Positions 7,924 through 16,147 of a stretch of 19,512 nucleotides of DNA are shown here, one piece after another. Numbering within the stretch: the first letter of the stretch is position 1; each line of letters starts with the position of its first letter. The position numbers and the translations under genes are program-made. The notes beneath the pieces were generated by a model. The model saw only the letters and a program-made list of their open reading frames with translations. It made no database searches and was not told where the DNA came from. Where the stretch lies: assembly GCA_045106895.1 (NCBI GenBank), contig JBGCFM010000247.1, forward strand, positions 1 to 19,512, written 5' to 3'. The stretch comes from Polyangiales bacterium. GTDB lineage: Bacteria > Myxococcota_A > Polyangia > Polyangiales > Houyiibacteriaceae.

Positions 7924-10320
7924 CTAGAAACCGATGGGATCGACGCTCGGGCCGGGCAGGGAGTCGTCGAGGGCGATCATCGGAAGGTCCACCTGAGCCC
8001 GATAGGCGCGGTAGTGACCGAGAACACGACGTACGTAGCGGTGAGTCTGCTCGAAGGGGATGTGCTCAAGGAACGCATCCAACGTGAGATCCCCGCCGTA
8101 GTCACGGAGCCACCGGCGGACGTTGTGCGGGCCGCCGTTGTAGCTGGCGATGGCGAGGGCGACATGACCGTCCCAGCGGTCGATGAGGCTCCGAAGATAC
8201 CACGCGGCGAACTCGAGGTTCGTCTCGGGGTCGAGGAGGTCGCTCGTCTGAAAGTCCTCGCGGCCCAGCTCGTGGGCGATGAGCGTTCCGGTGCGAGGCA
8301 TGATCTGCGCGAGACCGATGGCGCCGGCGTAGGAGACGATGTGCTCTTGGTAGACGCTCTCAACGCGCATCACAGCGAAGAGAAGGTTCGGGTCGAGGCC
8401 GTAACGTCCTGCAGCGGACTCGACGAGGTCGGCGTATGCGCGCGGTCTGGCGCCGATGGCGGACCAGCCCTTGAAACCCACTGCAGCGCCATAGGAGTGA
8501 ATACCTTCGGCGATGGCCGCGAGTTCTTCACGGGCTTCGGCGCTCATTGCACGTCGACTCTGCCGCAGCGCAAAAGGGACCGCGACCCGGCGCCGGTTTT
8601 TGCCCATAGCAACGGACTCAAAGCCGCAGCGGAGAATGGCGCGTCCGTTCGCGGCTCGCCAAGCCAAGTAGGTCTCGTAGAGCTGGCGTGAGGCTTCGTC
8701 TTTCTCTCCGATGCGGAGGAAAGCGACGGCGCGCGCTAACCATGGGTACGCTTCGCCGTGTTCGTCGGCCAGAGGCTGGAGGCGCTCGGCGAAGGCGTCC
8801 AGGTCGATGACCGGCGCTGGCGGCTGGGTCTCCGGCGGCGTCGCGCGGCCTTCTTGAAGCTCGGCGGGGGCGTCCTCGGTTTCGCTTGTCGTGCATTCCG
8901 CGTCGGGGCCGCAGGACCCAGCCATCTGGCGGCGAACGTTGCGGAGCTCGTTTTCGGACCAGAGAGCGTACCAAGTGAGTTCGGAGGAGTCGCGTTCGAT
9001 GACATCCAAGAACGCCTCTTCGGCTTCGGCGAAACGCTGGGCTCGTTGAAGCAGGCGCGCCTCGTAGTAGCGAGCGCGGACCGCACGGGAACCGGGGCCA
9101 CTGCCGGCATCTCCGAGCAAGCGGAGGAGGGCGTCGTCGTCGGCGATGCCCATCGTGTGCTGAACCGCACTGAGGCGGTGCGTCGCCAGGACGTTCCGCG
9201 TCGTGAGTCGCTCAATGATCGCATTGAGTTCAGGATGGAGCTCTCCGCGAGCGGCCACTCGCGCCATCTGCAGAAGACGGGGAGTGGCGACGCGAGAGAG
9301 TGGACGGCGGCCTTGCATCTGCCGAAGGCGTCCACGCGCTGCCTCGGCGGTTCCGTTGGCGGCTTCGGCGACGTCCTGGGAACGAGAGACGCGTCGTTCG
9401 ATGTCTTCGGCGTCGCCGTAGGAGCCTGCACGGGCCGAGAGCCGGTAGTAACGCGTGGCGTCGTCGAAGCGGCCTTCATGACGTGCAAGCTTTGCCATCA
9501 ACGCGAAGGCTTTGGCTCGAAGGGTGGGGTGGACCGGAGGCGACTCCTCGAGGGCGCTCAGGGCCTCGCGGGCTCGCGTGAGCGGGCCGCGGGAGAAGAG
9601 TCGCTCTGCTCGCTCGACGACCTCGCCCGGAGTGAGCTCGCGGACGCGTGTACCGCCGGCGCGCATCGCATCGATTCGCTCTTGGGCGATGACGGCTTCG
9701 GGACGACCCGGTGTGTTGACGACGATGCCGCGATAGGTGGACGCCGCATCGGACATATCGCCGCGCCGTGCGTTGTAGGCGCCGACCTCCAGGAGCACGC
9801 GAGGTAGGCCGGGGAGTTCCGGGTATCGCATGCGAAGCTGACGTACTTCGCGCTCGGCGTCGCGATGATCACGCCGGAGGAGCGCGATGACTCGGCCTGT
9901 TCGCCCGTGAACGCGAACATCGCTGTCGACGCTGGCGATGGCTTCGGCGAAGGCTTCTTCGGCAGCCTGTGGGTTGCCGGCTTCGAGAAGATCTTCGCCC
10001 CGGCGGACGGCCAGCCAGTCGGCCAATCCTGGGTGTACTTCGGCGACGACTTCAAGGCGCAGAGCTTCATGGCCGGGGGGATCATCTTGGGCGGCTTCGA
10101 GCGCCTCCTGTGCGACTTCGGTCGTCAGGACCAAGCGCGCGCTGGGCTCTCCGCTACGGCACATAGCGTCGCCGGCGAGGAACGACGACTCCAGCAGGTC
10201 ACTTCCAGGGTAGACCTCGTCGTACGCGCAGGCGGGGGTTCCTTGCCAAGCTTGCGCGTTGTCCGGACCGGCCAAAATGACCGCCATCAGGGCTCCTGCA
10301 AGTATCGGGGAGAGCTTCAC
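7924..10320 (-). CDS. Secreted TPR-like repeat lytic murein transglycosylase (Slt-like, about 798 aa)
   Basis: Signal peptide VKLSPILAGALMAVILAGPDNAQA; helical TPR-like repeats; C-terminal SLT domain with AVMRVES (catalytic Glu), SYAGAIGLAQIMP, ASYNGG and IPFEQTHRYVRRV. Start estimated at GTG 10320. Confidence 0.88.
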   Translation of the reverse strand: MKLSPILAGALMAVILAGPDNAQAWQGTPACAYDEVYPGSDLLESSFLAGDAMCRSGEPSARLVLTTEVAQEALEAAQDDPPGHEALRLEVVAEVHPGLADWLAVRRGEDLLEAGNPQAAEEAFAEAIASVDSDVRVHGRTGRVIALLRRDHRDAEREVRQLRMRYPELPGLPRVLLEVGAYNARRGDMSDAASTYRGIVVNTPGRPEAVIAQERIDAMRAGGTRVRELTPGEVVERAERLFSRGPLTRAREALSALEESPPVHPTLRAKAFALMAKLARHEGRFDDATRYYRLSARAGSYGDAEDIERRVSRSQDVAEAANGTAEAARGRLRQMQGRRPLSRVATPRLLQMARVAARGELHPELNAIIERLTTRNVLATHRLSAVQHTMGIADDDALLRLLGDAGSGPGSRAVRARYYEARLLQRAQRFAEAEEAFLDVIERDSSELTWYALWSENELRNVRRQMAGSCGPDAECTTSETEDAPAELQEGRATPPETQPPAPVIDLDAFAERLQPLADEHGEAYPWLARAVAFLRIGEKDEASRQLYETYLAWRAANGRAILRCGFESVAMGKNRRRVAVPFALRQSRRAMSAEAREELAAIAEGIHSYGAAVGFKGWSAIGARPRAYADLVESAAGRYGLDPNLLFAVMRVESVYQEHIVSYAGAIGLAQIMPRTGTLIAHELGREDFQTSDLLDPETNLEFAAWYLRSLIDRWDGHVALAIASYNGGPHNVRRWLRDYGGDLTLDAFLEHIPFEQTHRYVRRVLGHYRAYRAQVDLPMIALDDSLPGPSVDPIGF

Positions 10321-10481
10321 ACCACCTTCAGTGTGCCGAGGGCGTGCGCAAAGCGCAAAAAAGGGCCCGTTTCGTCTTGGTCTCGCCGGCTTCGTGGCCA
10401 TGCAAGGTAGACGCGCGAGAAGCGAGCTTTGTTCAGCGAACGGGCCCGAATGCCTCAGTGCCGCTAAACCACGGGCGGCCC

Positions 10482-10703
10482 TTAGTCGTCGGAATCGTTT
10501 GTGTTTTCGGCGTCGTCCTCATCGTCTTCGGCACCGGACTCCGCTTCCGCCTCCTCGGCCGAAGCATCCGGGTCGACAGGCGAGTCTTCAACGGCGGGCA
10601 GAACCACGGTCCAAATTCCGACGACGACCAGTACCGCGAATCCCGCCCAAAGGACGGCATGGCGAATCCACGGTTTCGTGTAGTCAGACTCTTCTTCGCT
10701 CAT
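10482..10703 (-). CDS. Small (73 aa) single-TM protein with a highly acidic C-terminal tail
   Basis: GGAG 5 nt before ATG 10703, 10 nt after the proS stop. TM segment AVLWAGFAVLVVVGIWTVVLPAV, followed by a D/E-rich tail. Confidence 0.65.
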   Translation of the reverse strand: MSEEESDYTKPWIRHAVLWAGFAVLVVVGIWTVVLPAVEDSPVDPDASAEEAEAESGAEDDEDDAENTNDSDD

Positions 10704-10713
10704 CGTTGCTCCA

Positions 10714-12456
10714 TCATCGCTCTTGTTGAACACGCGTAACAACCGCGGCGACGATTTCTTCAACTTTGATCAGCGTCGCATCGGAATCAACGCGCGCCTT
10801 GAGCTCCGCCTCGCCGTTCTTGAGAGTGCGATTTCCGACGGTAACGCGCAGCGGATAGCCGATGAGGTCCGCGTCCTTGAACTTCACGCCGGGTCGTTCG
10901 TCTCGGTCGTCGAGGATGGCTTCGATGCCTTCGGCGCGCAGCTCGTTGTAGATGCGCTCCGCCTCCTGGGCGACGTCTTCGGCGTTCCCCAGCGGGAGCA
11001 CTGCGACTTCGTAGGGCGCGATGGACATGGGCCAGCGGATGCCGTTGTCGTCGTGGTGCTGCTCGATGGCGGCGGCCATCAGCCGCGTCACGCCGATGCC
11101 GTAGCAACCCATAACCACGGACTTGGACTCGCCCTTTTCGTCGAGGTACTTGGCGTTCATTTTGTCGGAGTAGTGCGTGCCGAGGACGAAGATGTGTCCG
11201 CCTTCGATGCCGCGGTAGGTTTCGAGGGCTGTGCCGCATTTGACGCACGGGTCGCCGGCGCCCACCTGCCTCAGGTGAACCAGCTCTCCTTCAAAGTCGC
11301 GGCCGTAGGCCACGTGGCGCAAGTGATGACCCGTCTTCGAGGCGCCCGCGACGGCGTCTTTGAGGAACGCGACGGCGTGGTCGACGTAGATTTTTCCGTC
11401 GAAGCGTTTGTCCTCGAAAGGCACGGGACCGAGGTAGCCGACCTTCGCTTTCATCGCGCGGCCCGCTTCTTCGTCCGTGGCGAGGCGCAGGTCGTCGGTG
11501 TCGACGCCGACGAGGTTGCCAAGCTTTACTTCGTTGACGACATGGTCGCCGCGGACGCAGACCATCACCAGCGTGGACTCCGGGCCGTAGGCGTAGATGA
11601 GCGTCTTGATGGTGCGCTCGAGGGTGACGCCTTCGGGCTCGAAGAACTCGAGGACCTTCGCCATGGTCTTGACGCCGGGAGTCTCGACGAGCTCCTTCGC
11701 CGGAGAGTCGATGCTCGCGGAAAGATCCGCTTCGACAAGCTCCGTTTCCGCCACTTCGGCGTTCGCGGCGTAGTCACAGCTTGGGCAAGCGACGATGGCA
11801 TCTTCGCCACTCTGCGCCAGGATCTGAAACTCCGCGCTCGTCTTTCCGCCGATGCTGCCGCTGTCCGCCTCAACGATGCGGTAGTTGAGGCCGACGCGCT
11901 GGAAGATCTTGTGATAGGCCTCGCGCATATTTGCGTACGACTCGAAGGCTTTTTCTTCGCTGACATCGAAGGAGTAGCAATCCTTCATCAAGAACTCGCG
12001 GCAGCGCATGAGACCCGCACGTGGGCGGGGTTCGTCGCGGTACTTCATCTGTACCTGGTAGAGCGCCATGGGCAGCTGGCGGTAGCTCTTGACCTCGCGG
12101 CGCACGAGGTCCGTCACCACCTCTTCGTGTGTCGGTCCGAGGTGGTAGTCGCCGCCTTTGCGGTCTTTGATTCGCAAGAGCACATCACCGTAGACGTCCC
12201 AGCGACCGGTCTCCTGGAAGTAGTTGGCTGGAAGGAGCGCGGGCATCAAGATCTCTTGAGCGCCGGCGCCGTCCATCTCCGTGCGGATGATCTCGATGAC
12301 CTTCTTGAGGACGCGCTGACCGAAGGGGAGCATCTCGTAGATGCCAGCCCCAACCATGCGCATGAAGCCGGCTCGGAGAAGGAGGACGTGGGATGCATCA
12401 ACGGCATCTTTGGGGACCTCTTTGATCGTGGGGGCGAAGGCTCTTGAAGTGCGCAT
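10714..12456 (-). CDS. proS: Proline--tRNA ligase (bacterial type with INS editing domain)
   Basis: SHVLLLRAG, LGPTHEEV, YRDEPRPRAGLMRCREFLMKD, ADSGSIGG, MGCYGIGVTR, DDRDERPGVKFKDADLIG; 580 aa. Confidence 0.97.
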   Translation of the reverse strand: MRTSRAFAPTIKEVPKDAVDASHVLLLRAGFMRMVGAGIYEMLPFGQRVLKKVIEIIRTEMDGAGAQEILMPALLPANYFQETGRWDVYGDVLLRIKDRKGGDYHLGPTHEEVVTDLVRREVKSYRQLPMALYQVQMKYRDEPRPRAGLMRCREFLMKDCYSFDVSEEKAFESYANMREAYHKIFQRVGLNYRIVEADSGSIGGKTSAEFQILAQSGEDAIVACPSCDYAANAEVAETELVEADLSASIDSPAKELVETPGVKTMAKVLEFFEPEGVTLERTIKTLIYAYGPESTLVMVCVRGDHVVNEVKLGNLVGVDTDDLRLATDEEAGRAMKAKVGYLGPVPFEDKRFDGKIYVDHAVAFLKDAVAGASKTGHHLRHVAYGRDFEGELVHLRQVGAGDPCVKCGTALETYRGIEGGHIFVLGTHYSDKMNAKYLDEKGESKSVVMGCYGIGVTRLMAAAIEQHHDDNGIRWPMSIAPYEVAVLPLGNAEDVAQEAERIYNELRAEGIEAILDDRDERPGVKFKDADLIGYPLRVTVGNRTLKNGEAELKARVDSDATLIKVEEIVAAVVTRVQQER

Positions 12457-12529
12457 GGCGCTCCTTTAGCAGCCGAGCCCCACTGGAGCACGGGTCAATA
12501 GCGGGCTTCCGCCAAGGACTTCGCATGAC

Positions 12530-13081
12530 TCACCTGGGCAGTGAGACAAGTTCATCGAGCGATGCGGCGACGCGCGCCGTGGCTTCTCGTCGTTCGTCCC
12601 TCGCTCCGTCGTAGGCGTAGCCCCATTCCGCGATCCAGCGGCGGGCCTCGGCCTCCAACTCCGCATCTGGAAAGCCAGAGCCGGAACGAAAGCCAAACGT
12701 ATGATTGACGACTCCTTCGACGACCCGTTGTGCGTGGAGGCGCGTGTACGGGGCCTCCGCATCGAGAAGATGAACAACCGCACGAGCGGCGGGAACGCCG
12801 TGAGTGCTCAGTGCATGCACGCTGGGCGTGTAGTCCGAGTGCAGCATGTCCGGGTTTTCGTCGAGGGTCGCGACGAGCTGAGCCAGCTCCGCGTTCTCGG
12901 GTTCAGGGGCCAGCCGTCCAGCGCTCTCATCTTCAGCGCTCTCATCTTCAGCGCTCTCATGCGTCGATTCAGTCGTCCCGTTCTCGGTCGCGGGTTCTGT
13001 TGGCCCGTCCACAGGTCCTTCTCCTGGATGGCTGGCGGCGCCGCATGCGCTCAAAACGAAGCCGAGTACGAAAGCACGCAT
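12530..13081 (-). CDS. Hypothetical lipoprotein with acidic linker and HEAT-like helical domain (183 aa)
   Basis: MRAFVLGFVLSA|C lipobox at ATG 13081, a disordered E/P/T-rich linker, then amphipathic helices (LVATLDE...AVVHLLDAEAPYTRLHAQRVVE). Confidence 0.7.
   Translation of the reverse strand: MRAFVLGFVLSACGAASHPGEGPVDGPTEPATENGTTESTHESAEDESAEDESAGRLAPEPENAELAQLVATLDENPDMLHSDYTPSVHALSTHGVPAARAVVHLLDAEAPYTRLHAQRVVEGVVNHTFGFRSGSGFPDAELEAEARRWIAEWGYAYDGARDERREATARVAASLDELVSLPR
12919..12960. repeat. 15-bp in-frame tandem repeat (2.8 copies) encoding ESAED
   Basis: CAGCGCTCTCATCTT twice, plus CAGCGCTCTCAT. Confidence 0.9.
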
Positions 13082-13128
13082 GCCCGTCTTACGTTCGGAC
13101 GACGTCGAACTTCCTTTGAGATGGGCAA

Positions 13129-13292
13129 TAGCAGGACTGTGAAAAACTCCGCAGGCCGCTTCGCGGCATGAACACGCAGTCAAACGCCATCCAATTCGTG
13201 CCACCTATGTCCATAGGCAGACGTGAATCGGACGCGCTTGCCGACGCCTTCAGTCCACGAATCGACGAACGGCCTTTTTCACAGTCCTGCTA
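13129..13292. mobile_element. MITE-like non-autonomous element with 18-bp perfect terminal inverted repeats
   Basis: TAGCAGGACTGTGAAAAA (13129-13146) and TTTTTCACAGTCCTGCTA (13275-13292) are exact reverse complements. Internal hairpins are present and there is no transposase. Confidence 0.75.
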
Positions 13293-15023
13293 GTCGCCGC
13301 GCGGAGTAAAGCGGATGTCGTCTTTCGACTTTTTCGCTGCGTACATCGCCGAATCGGCGGCCTCGAGAAGTGTTTCCGCCGTGTCGCCATCACGCGGGCT
13401 GAACGCGACACCAATCGAGGCCGTCACGCACGCGCCTTCGGGGCTCGCCTTCGCGATATTCACCCGCAGTCGGTCGGCGATGCGCTCGACGGCGTGACGG
13501 TCGTCGGTTCGGAGGATGGCGACGAACTCGTCTCCTCCCAGGCGCGCCGTGGCGTCGTTTTGCCGAGTGCCATCGGTCATGATCTTTGCGACGGCGCGAA
13601 GCAGTTCGTCGCCGGCGCGATGTCCCAATGTGTCGTTGACGCTCTTGAATCCATCGAGGTCGAGATAAAGCAGCGCGAACGGCTCCGCGCCAATCGCGTC
13701 GTTGAGAGCAGACTCGAAGTGGGCGCGGTTTGACAGCCCAGTCAGAGGGTCATGGTGCGCCAGATACGTCAGGTGCTCTTCATCCCGCTTTCGTGTGGTG
13801 ACGTCTTTGTGGACCGAGACGACGCTTCCGGTGGGGGTCACGGCGGTGCGGATCTCAATCCAACGGCCGTCACGCAGGCGCTCCGTGAACTCGTCGCCGC
13901 CGCGGTGACGTGCGAGGTACAGACTCAGCCAGTTCTCGTCGCTTCGCTCGGTGACGGAGCGGCGACCGCGGCGTTCCTCGAAGTACACATCGGCTTTTCG
14001 GTCCGCGCGGAGAATCGCCTCAAGCTCGGTCTCGCGCAGAGAGCTTGGGTAGAGGTTGTGGTACTGCCGGTTTGCACGAACAAGCTGTTCGTTTTGGTCG
14101 AAGATCGCGAACCCATCGTCGATGCTCTCGATGGCGGCGACGAGCTCCTCGCGGGCTTCCGCCAGCTCTTGCATACGAGCGCGATCCATGTCGCGGAGGA
14201 GCTTCTTGTCGAGGCTCGCCTTCACGCGAGCGTGGAGGACGATGGGGTTGAGTGGGGTGGCGAGGTAGTCCTCGGCGCCGGAAGTGATGCAGTCGGCGAT
14301 GGTTTCCACTTCGGAGACGGCGCTGATGACAAGCACAGGAATGTCGGCGTGTACGGGGTGGCGCTTGAGATGGCCGAGCAACTCCAGGCCGGTCATGCCT
14401 GGCATCTGAACATCGAAAAGGATGAGGTCGATGCGGCGTTCGTCGAGGACTCGCAGCCCGTCTGAGCCCGTGGGCGACTCGAAGACTTCGAGCCCGGCGG
14501 CGCGAAGGCGTCGAGACATGAGGTGCCGATTGTCATCGCTGTCGTCGATGACGAGGACCGCGGAGTCCCGGTATTGCGCTTTGTAGTCCGGCGCTGGCTC
14601 TTCATGGGAGCTGAAGAGCTGACGTACTTTCTCGGGGGCGGAGTCTCGCGCGCGACGGAGCTGGTCGATGAGGGGGAGCGTCGCCGCGGTGAGGTGAACG
14701 ATGGACCGCAGTGAGGGCGCGCAGTGAGTGACGTCGGTGCTGAGCTCTTCGAGGATGAGTTCGGTGTACCCCTGGATGGCGCCGATCTGTCCGCGGAGGT
14801 CATGCCGAATCCGTGACATCGCCTCGACGTCGACTTCGGTCTCGAGGCAGCGCTTGGAGGACTCTCCCACTTCGAGGGTGAAGCGGGTGGCCGCGCCTTC
14901 GATTCGCTGGAGATCCGCCCGGTGCTCCGCGAGCGTGTCGACGTCTACCGTCTTCATGGCCTCGACGATGTTTCCCGCGAGATCTCCAAGGTCTCTGAAC
15001 AGGGGCTGAAGCGAATCGGACAC
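13290..15023 (-). CDS. Diguanylate cyclase with HisKA-like helix, REC, PAS and GGDEF domains (about 577 aa)
   Basis: RHDLRGQIGAIQGYTELILEE (H-box-like); VLVIDD...DLILFDVQMPGMTG (REC); AIESIDDGFAIFD...DGRWIEI...KDVT (PAS); HDPLTGLSNR, DLDGFKSVND, RQND I-site and GGDEF. Start estimated at GTG 15023; the upstream part of the 879-aa ORF is antisense to the HDOD gene. Confidence 0.9.
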   Translation of the reverse strand: MSDSLQPLFRDLGDLAGNIVEAMKTVDVDTLAEHRADLQRIEGAATRFTLEVGESSKRCLETEVDVEAMSRIRHDLRGQIGAIQGYTELILEELSTDVTHCAPSLRSIVHLTAATLPLIDQLRRARDSAPEKVRQLFSSHEEPAPDYKAQYRDSAVLVIDDSDDNRHLMSRRLRAAGLEVFESPTGSDGLRVLDERRIDLILFDVQMPGMTGLELLGHLKRHPVHADIPVLVISAVSEVETIADCITSGAEDYLATPLNPIVLHARVKASLDKKLLRDMDRARMQELAEAREELVAAIESIDDGFAIFDQNEQLVRANRQYHNLYPSSLRETELEAILRADRKADVYFEERRGRRSVTERSDENWLSLYLARHRGGDEFTERLRDGRWIEIRTAVTPTGSVVSVHKDVTTRKRDEEHLTYLAHHDPLTGLSNRAHFESALNDAIGAEPFALLYLDLDGFKSVNDTLGHRAGDELLRAVAKIMTDGTRQNDATARLGGDEFVAILRTDDRHAVERIADRLRVNIAKASPEGACVTASIGVAFSPRDGDTAETLLEAADSAMYAAKKSKDDIRFTPRGD

Positions 15024-15125
15024 GCGACCCGCAGAGTACGGGAAAATCGCCTGAATTCGTCGGAAATCTCCCTCCGACGCGGGAGAACGCTCAAGGGACG
15101 CATGATGGCCGCCGTATCCCTGCGT

Positions 15126-16082
15126 ATGAGCGCCGTACCTGTCCCAGTCGTGCCCGCGTCCCTTGAGGCCCGAGCCAGCCGAATCCGTGAAGACTTGTGG
15201 TTTGGGGACGATGATCCGTCCAGAACCGAAGAGGCCGCCGCCAACAGCCTCTCGGCTGCGACGGCCCGTTGCGTGGGCGTAAAACCGTTCCCCGCCGTCG
15301 CTGCCAAGGCGATGCAGCTGGCTCAGAACCCGGACGTTTCGATCTCCAGTCTCGCCGAGTGCATCGAGAGCGACCCGGTCATCGCAGCTCGACTCCTCAC
15401 CATCGCCAACTCTGCGCTCTACAGACCGGCGCAGCCTTACGTGTCCATCGAGCAGGCCGTGATGCGTCTGGGCCTGGATTCCGTCGTAGAGCTCGTCGTG
15501 GGTATCGCGACCATGCAGCTCATGAGTGACCCTTCGGGCTTCGCGCAGTCGGTTCGTGAGCATTCGGCGGGGGTCGCTGCCGTGTCGCGAGTGTTGGCGA
15601 CGGAGATGCGCTATGCGGGAGTTGGCAGAACGTTTCTGGCGTCCTTGCTCCACGACATCGGAAAACTGCTGATTCACCAGGCGGACGAGTTCCACTACGA
15701 GCAGCTGCCGAAGTCTGCGCAAGACGCGGATGAGGTTCACATCTACGAGCGAGTTCAGCTGGGCTACGACCATGCGGTCCTCGCGGCGCATGTCATGCAC
15801 GAATGGAAGTTCCCGCCGCTCTTGTGCCGCGCTGTCGCCTGGCACCATCAGTCCGTGCGCGCCTTCGATGAGGGTGGCGACATCGCAAAAATGGTCGCGC
15901 TGATGCGCGTTGCGAATGTCATCGTTCACGCGATGGAGAACGACGAGGACCCGGAAAGCACATGCTCGGAGGTGGCGTCGACGTCGAGCGGGTCGCGCCT
16001 ACCCTTTTCGAGCGAGGTGCTCACCGCCATGTGGCCCCGTCTGCAGGAAGCACGCGAAGACATGCTGAAGCTGCTGGCATAG
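15126..16082 (+). CDS. HDOD domain protein
   Basis: PFPAVA, IESDPVIAARLLTIANSALY, SIEQAVMRLG, HS, SLLHDIGKL, LGYDHAVLAA..W.FP and WHH. Start is uncertain (ATG 15126, or ATG 15102/15105). Confidence 0.9.
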   Translation: MSAVPVPVVPASLEARASRIREDLWFGDDDPSRTEEAAANSLSAATARCVGVKPFPAVAAKAMQLAQNPDVSISSLAECIESDPVIAARLLTIANSALYRPAQPYVSIEQAVMRLGLDSVVELVVGIATMQLMSDPSGFAQSVREHSAGVAAVSRVLATEMRYAGVGRTFLASLLHDIGKLLIHQADEFHYEQLPKSAQDADEVHIYERVQLGYDHAVLAAHVMHEWKFPPLLCRAVAWHHQSVRAFDEGGDIAKMVALMRVANVIVHAMENDEDPESTCSEVASTSSGSRLPFSSEVLTAMWPRLQEAREDMLKLLA

Positions 16083-16147
16083 GGCCTGTTTCCCTAGGTG
16101 AAATCAGCACCTCGACTATCACACCAACCTGCTAACCTCCGTGGCCC

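Noticed and set aside
10723..12447. 574-aa antisense ORF spanning proS, and similar antisense ORFs over trxB, the phosphatase, the transglycosylase, tkt and dnaX
   Set aside because: These are typical shadow ORFs from high-GC codon bias. They have no recognisable motifs and lie opposite well-supported genes.
12457..12529. Possible T-box or attenuator upstream of proS
   Set aside because: The gap is too short and has no T-box consensus or terminator.
12919..12960. Repeats considered as a CRISPR array
   Set aside because: They are contiguous 15-bp in-frame coding repeats with no spacers and no cas genes nearby.
13082..13204. N-terminal extension of the 224-aa ORF
   Set aside because: It runs through the MITE-like element, and the lipoprotein signal peptide begins at ATG 13081.
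15024..15929. N-terminal 302 aa of the 879-aa GGDEF ORF
   Set aside because: It is mostly antisense to the HDOD gene and shows no domain character. The real start is more likely near GTG 15023.
16083..16147. Possible SRP RNA (ffs) or tRNA upstream of dnaX, a common arrangement
   Set aside because: The gap is only 65 bp and has no SRP or cloverleaf motifs.
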